DNA of 64,000 bases, taken from contig OZ316898.1 of the NCBI GenBank assembly GCA_973895155.1, positions 35,540 to 99,539 of the forward strand. Direction: 5' to 3'. Within the stretch, counting starts at the first letter, position 1. Every line of letters begins with the position of its first letter. A program made the translations under genes and the position numbers. This document shows positions 36,930 through 49,100 of this stretch, one piece after another. The DNA is from Marsupella aquatica. Its lineage: Eukaryota; Plantae; Marchantiophyta. Under the pieces are notes generated by a model that made no database searches, was not told the origin of the DNA, and worked only from the letters and a program-made list of their open reading frames with translations.

Positions 36930-39224
36930 CCTTGGAATGGTTTTTTTTATAAATTTTAATACCGTGAAAGACCCCACGGATAGGGGGAACAACAGCCCTT
37001 AATATAGGGACAGCAACAGCACACTAGCGAGCCACAAAGAGAGCCCAAAAGCACAAAAGAGAGCATCAAAGCCCCAGGGAGAGCCCCCCCTCCAAGAAGG
37101 GAAATAACACCGATCAAGAGAGCACCCATGCCCTTCCCACAACAGCCCCCCAAAAAGTAGACCCCTCAATCAGCACCGCCGCCGCTAGAGGGCACCAAGA
37201 GAATCCTGTCCCCACCCCGTCTCAGCCAGATTTGCCTTGTTCCCCGCAACCATTCCTGAGCCCGGTTCAACCGAGAGCGACGCCGCCCAAAGCGTAAACC
37301 AGCCCCAACCGCATGGATGTGATTGGCAGTCTCAGCAAGCATCAGGCCCAAGTCAAATGAACGTCCCACCTTGTCAGAGAACATATGTTCATTTCTTCCC
37401 AGCCAAATCATCCAGAGAGTCTGATATACACAAAAGATCCTAGCAGTGTGAATAGGCTCCGGTCCTGTCGATGCATCAAGAATAGCCAGCAGACCACCTC
37501 CAATGGGTAAGCGAAGCTCCGTCAAAATCCTGTCACACATCCTCCAGCAACATGAGGCATGGGAACATTCAATGAACAAATGTTGCATCGTCTCCAAGAC
37601 CCCACAGCAAAGCTTGCAATTCCCAGTACCAGCCTGGATACGGAGGGCCCGTTGACCAGTAAACAATCCACCAACCAGGATCCGCCAGATAAAGGTTTTT
37701 GCCCTGCAGGAGAGGTCAGAAATCCACAGCTTCTTCCATCCAATGCACCATTCAATTTCCGACCGGTGTGAGGACCAGCACCTATTAAGCAGCACATGAA
37801 GGCTCATCTTGGGTCTCAAGAACTGGTAGACCCTGCAGTTGGTGATCTGAAAGTCCTTGAGAGGTTCTGCCCTGTCAGACCAGCGCCACTGTCTGGCCAG
37901 AGGATCCCTGTCCCACCTGCAGGCAGTTGACTCCCAAATTCTCCCTAGGAACGCTCTAGCCAGCCCTCTGTGCTCCCCCGTGAATCCTCGCAGCACCTGC
38001 CCCCTAAGCGGAAGGTCTTTCCAGCCCCCTGTCTCCACCGACCATCCGTCCTGAATTGATCTCATTCCCAAGCGTCCACAAATAGCAGTGACTCCTACAA
38101 TGTCCACATTCGGCAATGAATTGAAATCTACCATACATCTAATTGCATCGTTAATGCTCCAGCGTCCAGGGGCACCATATCTCCCAGGACAAAAAGCCAG
38201 ATGGGCACGCAGCTCCTCCCAAGCCTTCCATAGACCACTTGTATACCTGAGACCACCGCCTGCCCTAGGAGTACAGAGCAGAAGCCTATCCTTGAACGTG
38301 TAATTGTTTCTTCTGATCACCTTGTAATTCAACCATCCCATTAAAGATAAGTTGGCTGCCAGCATCTTCGACCATTCCCTGTCTGGATACTCTAGGGCCT
38401 TAGTGAACCATTGTGATAATAATGCATTGGAGTGGCTTCTGAAGTCCTTGAATCCCAGGCCGCCCTCTATTTTTGGAAGTGTCATCTTGTCCCATGCCAC
38501 CAGCGGAATTTTCTTCCCACCTGCAGGATTATATCCCCACAGAAAATCTCTACTGAGGGCAATGAGTTTCTTGGCCAGACCCGCTGAAGCCTTGAGGTGC
38601 ATCACATGGTAGATTGGGATGGCCTGGAGCACGTGTTTGACCAATAAGGTTCGACCTGTGAAAGAGAGGAGCTTATTTGTCCAGGATGACAGTCGTGAGC
38701 TGATTTTATCTAGGCAGAATCTGTGCAATTGCTCAGTCTTCAGCCCGGCCCCCAAGGGAGCGCCCAGATATTTCTGAACCTCCCCCATTGCACTCACTTG
38801 ACAGCCAGAGTACAGCAGCCAATCCGGGATGACCTCAATTGCCAAGGGAATCACCACAGATTTTCGTAGGTTCAGCTTTGCTCCAGAACCCATTTCATAA
38901 CATGCAAGTGCAGTTTGTGCCTGGGTGAAAGCTTCCTCCGTGGCAGGAATGAACATTCCAACATCATCTGCGAATAATCTGTAGCATATTGTGAGTGTGT
39001 CCGTGATTGACAGTCCACTAAGTCTCCCAGCCTCCATCTCCGCAGCTAAGAAGTCCATCAGCGGTTGTGTCGAGATGACAAAAAGTAGGGGCGACAAGGG
39101 GCAGCCCTGTCTCACCCCCCTCTTAAGCTCAATCATACCCGTCGCAAAACCATTGACCATTGCCTTCGAGAAAGATCCAGCCAACAGAGCCCGTACCAGT
39201 GTGATAAAGTGGCCACTTATTCCC
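36930..39224 (-). mobile_element. 5'-truncated L1-type LINE inserted in an intron
   Basis: 16-bp TSD AGTAAGTCTGTTAATT (36914-36929 / 39225-39240), T-tract at about 36941, RT ORF. Confidence 0.9.
37166..39184 (-). CDS. LINE ORF2 C-terminal part: reverse transcriptase and zf-RVT zinc-binding domain
   Basis: GVRQGCPLSPLLF, LFADD, KYLG, GGLG, CKLC...ETMQHLFIEC, WMIWLGRN. Confidence 0.9.
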   Translation of the reverse strand: MAGSFSKAMVNGFATGMIELKRGVRQGCPLSPLLFVISTQPLMDFLAAEMEAGRLSGLSITDTLTICYRLFADDVGMFIPATEEAFTQAQTALACYEMGSGAKLNLRKSVVIPLAIEVIPDWLLYSGCQVSAMGEVQKYLGAPLGAGLKTEQLHRFCLDKISSRLSSWTNKLLSFTGRTLLVKHVLQAIPIYHVMHLKASAGLAKKLIALSRDFLWGYNPAGGKKIPLVAWDKMTLPKIEGGLGFKDFRSHSNALLSQWFTKALEYPDREWSKMLAANLSLMGWLNYKVIRRNNYTFKDRLLLCTPRAGGGLRYTSGLWKAWEELRAHLAFCPGRYGAPGRWSINDAIRCMVDFNSLPNVDIVGVTAICGRLGMRSIQDGWSVETGGWKDLPLRGQVLRGFTGEHRGLARAFLGRIWESTACRWDRDPLARQWRWSDRAEPLKDFQITNCRVYQFLRPKMSLHVLLNRCWSSHRSEIEWCIGWKKLWISDLSCRAKTFIWRILVGGLFTGQRALRIQAGTGNCKLCCGVLETMQHLFIECSHASCCWRMCDRILTELRLPIGGGLLAILDASTGPEPIHTARIFCVYQTLWMIWLGRNEHMFSDKVGRSFDLGLMLAETANHIHAVGAGLRFGRRRSRLNRAQEWLRGTRQIWLRRGGDRILLVPSSGGGAD

Positions 39225-41337
39225 AGTAAGTCTGTTAATTGTATGTTACTTTTTATTTTTAAGTCCGGATGTGTGTCGAATATACAGACACTAATGTCTT
39301 TTGCTTCACAGAGAGGAGGAAGGGAGCAGCTTCTGAGAGTTTGAAGAGTGGAGCAGATGATGGTGAGGAACCTCAGTCCCCAGATGCCGAAGTCACAACA
39401 AAGAGCGCAGTGGATTTAGGAAGTATAAAACGTTTGAAACGGAAGCGGAACATCCAGATTCTTTCAGATTTGGACGATGAGGAAGTTTCAGTTGCTCAAG
39501 GTGTTGCTCGGATGTGTGGTTTGAAGATGGATGGGCAGCGACATTTCCTGGCTCGTAGCAATTTGACCGATACTGCAAACTCAATTAGTGTAAGTAAAGT
39601 GAGGCCATCTTGGATGGGAGATGGAGATCGATGGATTACTGGGATGTCGAAGAGCGTAGAGTGCCCGAACCATGTCGTAATTAATGGAAAGCCTTATGCT
39701 GGGATTGGAGCACATTTGGGATTCATTTCTCTTCCAATTGGGCATAGAACAAGCGTTACAGACAAACAGGTTCCGTCTTGGAATGTTTGGAGCGAGAAAC
39801 TCCCATATTATTTTTTTGGAGTGATGAGACCAATGCTTTCAGACGACGGATATGTTGCTGTCTTGCACAGCTCAGACTTCAATCACATGAGGTAAATATT
39901 TACGGCAGTCGAGCAAAAAAACAAATTCAAACATGTGCAGCAATATACCGTTTTGTTGTCCACCCCTTTATGGAGGGCAGATATGGATATTGAGGTAGTT
40001 ATCCCTTGAATTTCTTGAGAGTTTTAATGCTAGCGATGTCGCTAACAAAATTATAATTTTCAGCTACCAAACATATCTTGTTTAGGTGTTAATTTTCTAT
40101 TTTCCGACTAAGTTAATGCTAGCGAGCTCACTAACAAAGTTAGCATTGTTTCTGGTGTATTTTGGTTTTTATGCAGGTGTGCACTCTCATCCTGGATGTT
40201 TTTTGTCGGGTGGAATTTAGTGCAAAGATTCCTAAAGACCCAGCGTATGTTCCATTGACGTCTTTGGAAGATGCAAGACATAAGTCAATGTTGAGTGTTT
40301 GTTACCCTAAGACTGACCCCTGTCCAGAAGCGGCTGTTGCTGGATCGAAAAGGCTTTCAATTGGGTTCATGCAAGCCGTGATGGAATTCCTCACGAAGCC
40401 CAAAGATATAGTCCTTGACTGGACTGTGTGTGACGGTAGCTCGTTTTCTGCCGAAGAATTCTCCGGGAGATTTGTTGTCGGTGTTGAAGACAGGGACATT
40501 CTCCATTGCTGTGCAGAAAAAACTTTAAACAGTGTTCTGGCGAGGCATTCGAGCAAGGCAAAGCAGATTAGGGATCAGCCAGCCAAGGTTAATCAAGACG
40601 CTGGGTCGGATGATGAGTTCACGATTCCAGGGGATGAACAGGCTGGGCCTTCAAGCGAGAAAGACGAATTCGACCTGGAGTAAAGTACTTGGCCTCTTCT
40701 GATGTCGGACTCCCTATTTGGTTTCTTTTGTTTTCTTTATTTTGTTGCTCTTTGTCAACTGATGTTGGTGGTTGCGTCAGTGATAGGAGGGTGGATTGGT
40801 TTTCTGAGGAGAGATTTCGTCTTTGGAGGGAAGTTCAGGAGTCCATTGTGGTTACTCCTGAGAAGCCTTTTACTCTTCCGTGCTATGTTGAGACATCGGC
40901 GAGGCAGGTTGATGAAGATCCTGTTATCTTGACTTGGGAATCGAAAGGACTTCGGTCCATGAGAGGTTCTCGAAGATATCTGGATTGTTCAAAGTTTATC
41001 GACAATGAGGCGGGGACAGTCCGTCAGTATTTAGATGAGTCTGCCGAGTCCACGGAGAGGGAGACCAGTAGCGATCCTAGTAGTAGTGACATCTCTGATG
41101 AATCAGAGGATGAAGTTTATGACTGAACAAGTAAGAGGAAGTAGGACTGGATGTACTGGTCGAAGTTGACTCTTACCGTTTTTCTGTCTTGAAGTTGTTG
41201 GCGATCCACACTTTCAATGTAAAGAGGTTCCATATTTTGATGGGAGTTTCTAGTTTTGGTGATCCTTTTTAGATGATTAAAACGTGTGTGGCTCAAGTAT
41301 GGAATACTTATGAAAATCATGCAGGATTTTTCATTGT

Positions 41338-44300
41338 TGTTGTAACTCATACCTGAGTTAAGTCTACCTTTGGGATAACTACCTATGTAACTACCCTAAC
41401 TACTTAGGCTGTAGCCACATGTACATATTCTACCAGGAATACAGATGGAACAACTCTTTGTCTCATTTCTCCCACAACACGTTATCAGCACTTTGTCTCA
41501 CCAGCGGAGCGGAGAGAAGAGAACAGGCTATGGCGATTAAAATCTGAAAACGCTCGGGAAGAGAAGAAGAAGAGAGATCGAACAAGAGAGCACTTTTTAG
41601 AAAATCGGACATAGAAATTCATAAGGCATTCGAGAGGAATCGATAAGGACAGCAAGAACAGAAACGCAAATTGATATCATCACACAAGAGGACCGATCCT
41701 GAGAAGCAGCATTCCCCTCCAGGGTGAAAAGGATAAGAAGAGCAAGACGACAGCAATAGAGAGAAGACGATCAAAAAGCAGAAAGAAGAATTCGATTAGG
41801 ACATCGCGACCTCATAGGGACAGGCCTCGCTCGATAGCCAATGATAGCCGCACGGGATGCAGCTATCTTGGAGCAAAATTTGGCTATCACGGAGAGAATA
41901 GTTGCATATGAGGAGAGAGACGTTGCTCTTCTGCTACGTGACGTAGCTTACGCTGATCGAGATTCCGCCATGGAGGAACGCGATGCTGCTGTTACAACTC
42001 TTGATATTTCAGCGAACAACACCCTTGTCGAAAAGAGGCCATTGGTGAAAGATTCAAAGCTCTTCCATATGCTGAGTATGAAAAAGAATTGTACTATTGT
42101 AGGAGTTTTTCATCAGGCTCCCTTGTCTTCCACACGGTACAGTGCTGTTGTTCAAGAGCAAAGTGACCTTGGCAAGATCGGCAATGCCAAAAGAGTCAGT
42201 TTGTGGGTTTCCTAGGAAGAGGAAGCTAATAGTGAAATCTACGCTCGATCGCACAGTGCATTCGAAAAGATCATGTCGTTCTCCCCAGGAGCATCGTTTG
42301 GAGCTTGGAGATAGCGACGAGGCCGATTACCTGAAGGGCCCAAACGATGATGTTCACGTTGATAATGTGCAATACCCCATTCCCCACTGCTCCTGTATAG
42401 GTGTGAGACAGCAGTGTTACAGATGGGGTAACGGGGGCTGGCAATTCTCGTGTTGCACTACTATGATCTCCATGAACTTTTTGGAACAACTCGGCTCCGA
42501 AGGGATAAATGTAAATTATCCTGTCGATTTGAAGGAGCACTGGGCAAAGCATGGAACTAACCGTTACGTTACAATTCGATAACAAGACGAAGCATGCTCC
42601 GTCATTCAAGATCGACGACATGTAGGGAAGTTTCCGTCAATCATATTTGTGAAGCTCTCATGACAGGCGCAAAATGTTTTGGTTTCGGGGGCCAAGTGAG
42701 GCACACTGGGCGTTTGCCGAGATGATACGTGGTTATACTGACGCGTCTGCACGAGTTCCACATTTGAAGTATATAATACTGTTGTATTTTGTAAGTTCAT
42801 GGAGATCTGCGTTTTGGAACGAGTCATCAGACCTCCTATTTCCAGTCCGTGAAGGCGACCTCATACGGAAGATTGATTCATAAGGAACACCCATACGCCT
42901 AATTCCCAATTGAAAAGATAAGAAGAGAGAAGATGCTACAGAAATTGAACGCAGATCGTGAGCAAGGCAGGCAGCATCGTGAACATATAAAGACAGTCCA
43001 TGATCGAATGCGAAGGGAGAAACTGAAAACTTCGAAGGAAAGAATGCGAGACAGCGGAGAAACAATAAGCACCGAAGGCAAGGAGGATAAATCCAAGAAC
43101 ATTGAAGGAAGCACAAACCCGAAAAACCAAAGAGAGAACGTGAGGAACGCCAGGAGAGAGAAGGACGTCCAGTGCAGACGGAGATCGTGGTACAAGCTAA
43201 AGACGAGACGCCGGGCAAAGGAGACAAACAAAGAGAAGCCATCAAACCAAAGGAAAGTCCTCCACCTTTTCTTCTAAGAAGACCATTTTACACTAAGTAA
43301 TGGAGAACTAAAGAACAAAGAGACTTTCTCTTCAAAAGGAAAGAAAAACCAAACAACAAAGCATGAAGTAAGGACATAAAGAAAGAAGCTAAACTACAGA
43401 ACCTACATGGCGACAAATGATGATTACTTCCACCAATTAATTTCATAAATTCAAGGGGAGATATTTTTCCCAGGGGTGCCTACTACACATAAAATCCCTG
43501 TGCCTACTGCACATGGAAGCAAATGGGTGCCTACTGCACACCCAGCCAGAAAGGAAAAATATTTGACAAATTGAGGGGGAGACCTCAAGCAAGACTTGCC
43601 TCCCAGAAATTTAACCCATGGGATGTGCCTACTGCAAAAGTGCTTTTCACAACAATCAATATTTAAAAAAATGGAACTACATTCCATGAGTTAGAAACAT
43701 ATGGCCAAATTATGAAAAATGCATTAAATCACCAATATTGGATGACATGTCATGATGACTGAATTTGGTATCATATCATGATAAGGTATCATATGATCAT
43801 ATGAAGTATGGTATCACATTACAAGGTACTATCAGGTGAGGTATGAAAGATGGTACGCTATATCTTGATAGGAAATCCCTATGATATATGAGACCTAAGA
43901 TTGGGCACTCCAAACAATTCCAAGGCCAACGGATTTCAATCAACCATATCATCTTCATTATGCACTAATTATACCTTTTTTCCTTTCCTTGCATGTAATC
44001 AATGACCATTGAGGAATCTTCATTGCCTGATCGGGAAGAGACGCAAGACACAAAACAGCATCAACTTTGCTAACACCAACCAAGGAGGATCTTCAACATG
44101 CCTATAGTGTTGACAAACACCTTAAGAGACTTTGTAGAAATTACACATACACTATATGCTTAAACCCAATTATGTTACACCCATGGGGATGGTAATACTC
44201 TTTCCTCCCACAAAGAAAGTAGGGGAGGTTTTAATGAGATTACATCCCCCACTTACACTTTACCATGCAACATGAATTATAAGACATCTATTAGGAGAAG

Positions 44301-44588
44301 CTTTACATTCATTTATAGTAGACTTGAGATGGCTACACCATTTATAAAATAGGCTAGACATAAACAAAACCTATTGTATACCACTGAGTATGCCCACAGT
44401 AGACTCTTGAATGTAACATTTAAACCCCAATGTTACAAAGGGGGAGTGTTGTAACTCATACCTGAGTTAAGTCTACCTTTGGGATAACTACCTATGTAAC
44501 TACCCTAACTACTTAGGCTGTAGCCACATGTACATATTCTACCAGGAATACAGATGGAACAACTCTTTGTCTCATTTCTCCCACAACA
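41338..44588 (+). mobile_element. Non-autonomous Bianca-type LTR retroelement (3,251 bp) carrying a captured gene fragment
   Basis: Identical 142-bp LTRs (41338-41479, 44447-44588), TSD ATTGT, PBS CGTTATCAGCAC, PPT AAAGGGGGAG. No gag or pol motifs. Confidence 0.92.
41841..42582 (+). pseudogene. BPC: Intronless BBR/BPC (GAGA-binding) transcription factor copy, class II-like, with a frameshift and an internal deletion
   Basis: Alanine-zipper repeats (ARDAAI...ERDVA...DRDSAMEERDAA); C-terminal CSCIGVRQQCYRWGNGGWQFSCCTT and PVDLKEHWAKHGTNRYVTIR. Confidence 0.88.
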
Positions 44589-44610
44589 ATTGTCATATTC
44601 TTTTCATTAT

Positions 44611-46155
44611 TGTAAGAGGTGGAAAACTGAGACTGTTTGGGCATTGTTTTCGTGGAATGTGAGAGAAATTTATCCGCCAGAATGCTTCGCTAACAATGTT
44701 GCCTCGCTAGCAAAATCTCCTGTTTCCTCGCACCGTACAATTCCTCTACCTCAAGCATTTCAGAGAGGACAACCAGATTACCAAGCCACTAACCAGTACG
44801 GTAAGGAGGTACCATGCTTGGGTCATTCGCAAGGCCCTAATCGGATGGGTGAGGCCTGGAGAAGGGCTCTTTCATGTCAAGGGGACCTAGGCTGGTTCTG
44901 GAGTCCAGGAATAAGGAGGTTAAGGAGTGGAGTCCTTAAAGCCAACATGGAGGGTACCTAAGGACCTGAGTTACATGGAGACTTTGGAGGAACTTGGAGG
45001 GCCATTGGAAGTTGATCCCTCTACTATTTTTAGAGCTATTTGGTAGATAGGGATGACTGTACTTTGGAGGCTGACTTAGTCCCTGTTTTGGAGGGATAGG
45101 ACAGCCAAGTCAGGAGGTGAGGTGGACCTGAATGAAGGGCTAAAATCAAGGAGTTGATTTAGGCTTTCAAAAGGCCACCAACTAGCTCATTAGTTAGGTA
45201 AGACAAACAAGTGAGTTAGTGAGATAGTTAGGAGGATAAGTAAGGATCTTTGACCCCCTTGAAAGGTGGGCTGGTCTTCTTTTAGTGGTAAGTCACTTGC
45301 TGGCCTTTGGGGTGGTTTTGGACTTTGTGATGAATTGAAGCCAAGCAAGGAGTACTTAAGTTGGTGTGAGTTACTTTGTGTGGGTCCAAGGATGGAGAAT
45401 CAAGGAGTAGCACTAAGAGACCTTAGGGGAACTAAGGTAGATGTTCTAGGGGTACTAGAACTCAAGTGTATGCCTTGAGGCTTGAAAGGACCATAGTGTT
45501 AAGTAGTAGGAGTTGAAGAAGCTAAAGTATAGCAAGTAGGTAGTGACAACCTACCCATGTACTTCCTTTGAAATTCTTATGAAATTTCAGCGCGTTTATG
45601 GGAAAGAAATTATTGATGTGCACTCATCTGAAATCTTGAGGCCCTTGTGGTCTAGCATGTTGCTCATATGATTGTTGTGAGCCCAGAAGTCTTCTCTTTG
45701 GGAAAGGGAGACTTAGATTAGTTGTCTTGCCGGGTAGGGGGACATTTCCAGCGGTGGAAACCAAAGAATACCCATTTCTGGTGACGGAAACCAAATACAT
45801 CTGCACAGTCTCAAGGAGAAGCAAAGGCTTAATGGAAATAGAGGTAGTTCCTTCTTATGGAGCGTCCCTCTCGTAGTTCCTGGTGATAAAGAGCTATCAA
45901 GTGCAAGCTTTTAGTACAATAAGGCTTATTAGCTCATAAGCGAGGGTTTGACATATAGTGTCACTCTTGTTTTTGGCGCCACTGCCGGGGAGAACTGATC
46001 TGAAATCTCAGGTCAGGGGAGCCACTAACCAAGAAGGAAGATTTCTTTGATGGTAGGTTGAAGGGGCATGCCCTGCACTAGGAGTCAAGGATTTCAAGAA
46101 AGAGGCCATCTTACTTTGGAGGAAGAGATACTTGAAATTCAAAGAGAGGTGGAAG
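44611..46155 (+). mobile_element. 5' part of an older Athila-like gypsy element: LTR (about 44611-45970), tRNA-Asp-type PBS (45974-45991), gag start at 46068
   Basis: PBS TGGCGCCACTGCCGGGGA. MPCTRSQG...REVE continues in frame after the nested element (from 61736). Confidence 0.7.
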
Positions 46156-49100
46156 TGTGATGCCTAGACAGGAATCACTCGGCCGGTTAAGTGGGTAAAG
46201 CAGGAAGGCACCCTAGGAACACCTTAGTATAGTGACAAAACAAGGAAAATATAAACAATTAGGGGCAACCATGGAACCCGGGCAGAGGCTGGAGGTAAGG
46301 CTGAGGGTGAAAACCCGATTAGGGTTAGGGCGCATTAAGCGTCGGCGGCTAGGAAGGATCAACGGGAAGAAGGACCGGCAGAGGAGAGGGGTAAGGAGCG
46401 CTTGCAGGAGATGGTGGCTCATTTGCGAGCACGAACTAGGCAGACGACTACGGGAGGCCAACTACTGTCAGCTGCTTAGGCAAGCACTCGGGGAGAGAGT
46501 AGATACCGACGATCAACCTAAGGAGGGTATGAGCAACGTCAATCAAGCGGCACATTTCTGGGGATGCCTGTTCGAACGGGCAACTGAGTACATCAAGACT
46601 TACGAGGACGAGGAGTCAGAAAGGGCAGCTCGAGAACGGCAGGAGCTCGCTCGATTGTGGGAGCTGCAGAAGACGGCTTTCTTAGGAGGCGAACTCATCA
46701 AGGACGAGTTCCTGTGGACGCCTACTTCCAATCAACTCGACGATCTTCTGTTTTGCAAAGACAGCGTCGTCGGCATCCGAGAGGCCATCAAGAACTGCAA
46801 CGACATACATTGGGAATTAAAGGGTAGCACGGAAAGGTGGACCCAGGCAACGGTGCTAGGAGAAACCTCCACGGCAGCAGAGATGAAGAGGAAGGGAGCC
46901 GTCAACGATGAAGCCACCCCGGCAAAAAGAACGAGGTCGGTGGCACCAAAGAAGCCAGCCGAGCAGCAGAGCAGGAGGCAGGGAGAAGCTGAAGAGGAGG
47001 AGGTCCATCCCATGAAGGCCATTCCAACCAGGGATGACACCTGGAAGGGCTGGGCGGCAACCCTACCGGTGGAGGTGCAACTACATTTTGCACGGGAGGA
47101 AGATGCATGCTTTACGGCCATGCAGACCAAGAAGTACCAAGGCTTCATGGCCGGATCCGGCTTGGAGGCCTTTGTAAGATTACCATGGCTGAAGCCGGAG
47201 GTACCGGAGTCAGACCTATTAGAATTCGTGGGGTCATGGGAACCCGAGACCAATTGCACGAGGATATATGGGAAGGATTTCTATCTTACTCCCAAGGTGA
47301 TTGCCGAAGTGTTTGGCTTGCCGATGGGCAATAAGACCAAAGTTGATACCAAGAAGACCTTGCCTGACAAGGAGTTCCGGTCGTTCCCCGGGCCATCAAC
47401 GAAGAATGGCTTCTTCCGGAACACCTGCACCAACCCGCACATAGGAGAGATGATCGACTTCTTGCGGGTGACCATGCATTGTAACTTGCCGAGGGCAGAG
47501 ATCGGCAAGGCACAGGTCTATCTGGCAGAAAGGCCAGACCCAAGCCGGGACTACAACGGGTACCTCCTCAACCAATTGAAGAAGATCTTAAAGGAGGAGC
47601 AGCAGGTAATCGGCATGGGGAGCGTGTCGCGGCTTGGCTATCACATGCCGCTGTTGTGCCGGTATGCCAGAGGTCAGACTTTTGCCCCGGTACTTCCCCT
47701 GCAGGTAAGGGCACCCGAGGAAGCTCCAACGCCGAGGCCGTTGGCTGAGAAGCCTCAACCACCTGTTAGTCCTACGATCGAGCAGGTGTTTAGGCCCAGG
47801 AAGGAAGACTTGCCGATGCAGCAACCAGGCATGCAGAGTCTGCTGAAACTACTGGAGAAAGAAAAGAAATCGGCATCGGCAACAACAACGGCAACGGCAA
47901 CAATGCAGGACACTACTACAGAGGTAGGCCTACACCGGCTCACAAGAGAAAACCCCTTTGCTGGAGACAAGGAGAGAATCAGGCCGGAATCCAAGCCAGG
48001 TGTTCGAATGTACGTGGGAACCTCAAGCTCCAAATTTGAGGCAGAATTGCCTGAAGCTCCTACCGAGGAAGAGGAGAGGGAGAAGCCGGACGTCCAAGAG
48101 GTAGAGGAGGCAGTGGAGGACTGCAGCCATGATAATTCCGGCTATGGGTCGGACCATCACGTTCCAGGAGTAAGGACCTGTGGCCGGTTTGTCCCCACAC
48201 TTCCAAGGGTAGTGCGAGGGGACCCCAACCAGCAGAGTAGCCCTGAGTCTCCCCCACCAGATGTTGCTCCCCCGAGCTTCGACGGCATAAAACAGACGGT
48301 GCAGGAATTTCAGGAGCGAATCAAGCAGGAGGAAGAGGCCGCCCTGGCTAAGGAAAAGGATTTACCAGGAGGAGATTGGCCGGAGGACATCAGGCGGCTA
48401 GCCGAAAAAGGAAGCAAACCTCTAGCCACGATTGAAGAGATCCGCAGGACGGCTTGGGAGCAGAGGCCACGATGGGCGATGCCGATCACTTCTACTTACT
48501 CCACCTACGCTAAGAATAGAGCCATGGAGTATGGTGAGATGTGTGGGGAACTTGCGCTCGGCATCTTTGGAGAGGAGTTGGAGGTAGGACCCTTTTTCCA
48601 TAGGGAGCAGTTGGAGAAGCACCAATTAGAAGAAGCGGTGGCTTTAGAGAGAAGCAAGAAGGACGAGGTCATTCGGCGGTTTAGGAGGATGGAAGCCGAG
48701 ATTGAAGATCTAAGGGCGGCCAAGAAAGCCCAAGATGAACTGCGGATTAAATGACATGAGCTGAACATCATGCAGGGGCAGTTGGACACCGCGCAGGCTG
48801 ATAATCAGAATATCAAGGATAAACTGACTCAGACGCAGGAAGAGTTGGCCGACACGATCAAAGAGAGGGAGAAGTGGAAGCAAGAACTGAAGAATACAGA
48901 GGAGGCCCACATAACAGCCAACAGCCGGGCCATGGCGGAGACCCAAAGAAAGGAATGGGCGTTGAAAGGGGAGCTCGAGAAAATCCGCGGAGCCCTTGAG
49001 CAGAAGGAGGTCGAGTTAGGGAAATCCTATCAAGGGATTATGGCGCTGCAGCAGGAGCTTGCGTCCCTGACGGCCAGCTTCAAGGCCGACCTAAGGGAGA

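Larger units (their letters stand above)
35778..40683 (+). pseudogene. Multi-exon pseudogene with a C-terminal N4/N6 DNA methyltransferase-like (beta-class) domain. Exons about 35778-36914, 39312-39994, 40177-40683; 5' part missing
   Basis: In-phase GT-AG junctions. FISLPIG (motif IV-like), MLSDDGYVAV, and FLTKPKDIVLDWTVCDGSSF...GRFVVGVE (motif X-I-II-like). One frameshift and several C-to-T stops. Confidence 0.6.

Noticed and set aside
40689-41126. 145-aa ORF after the methyltransferase-like exon
   Set aside because: Non-ATG start and no recognisable domain; cannot be supported as a gene.
42733-43277. ORFs of 110-170 aa in the non-autonomous element
   Set aside because: Purine-rich low-complexity sequence with no gag or pol motifs.
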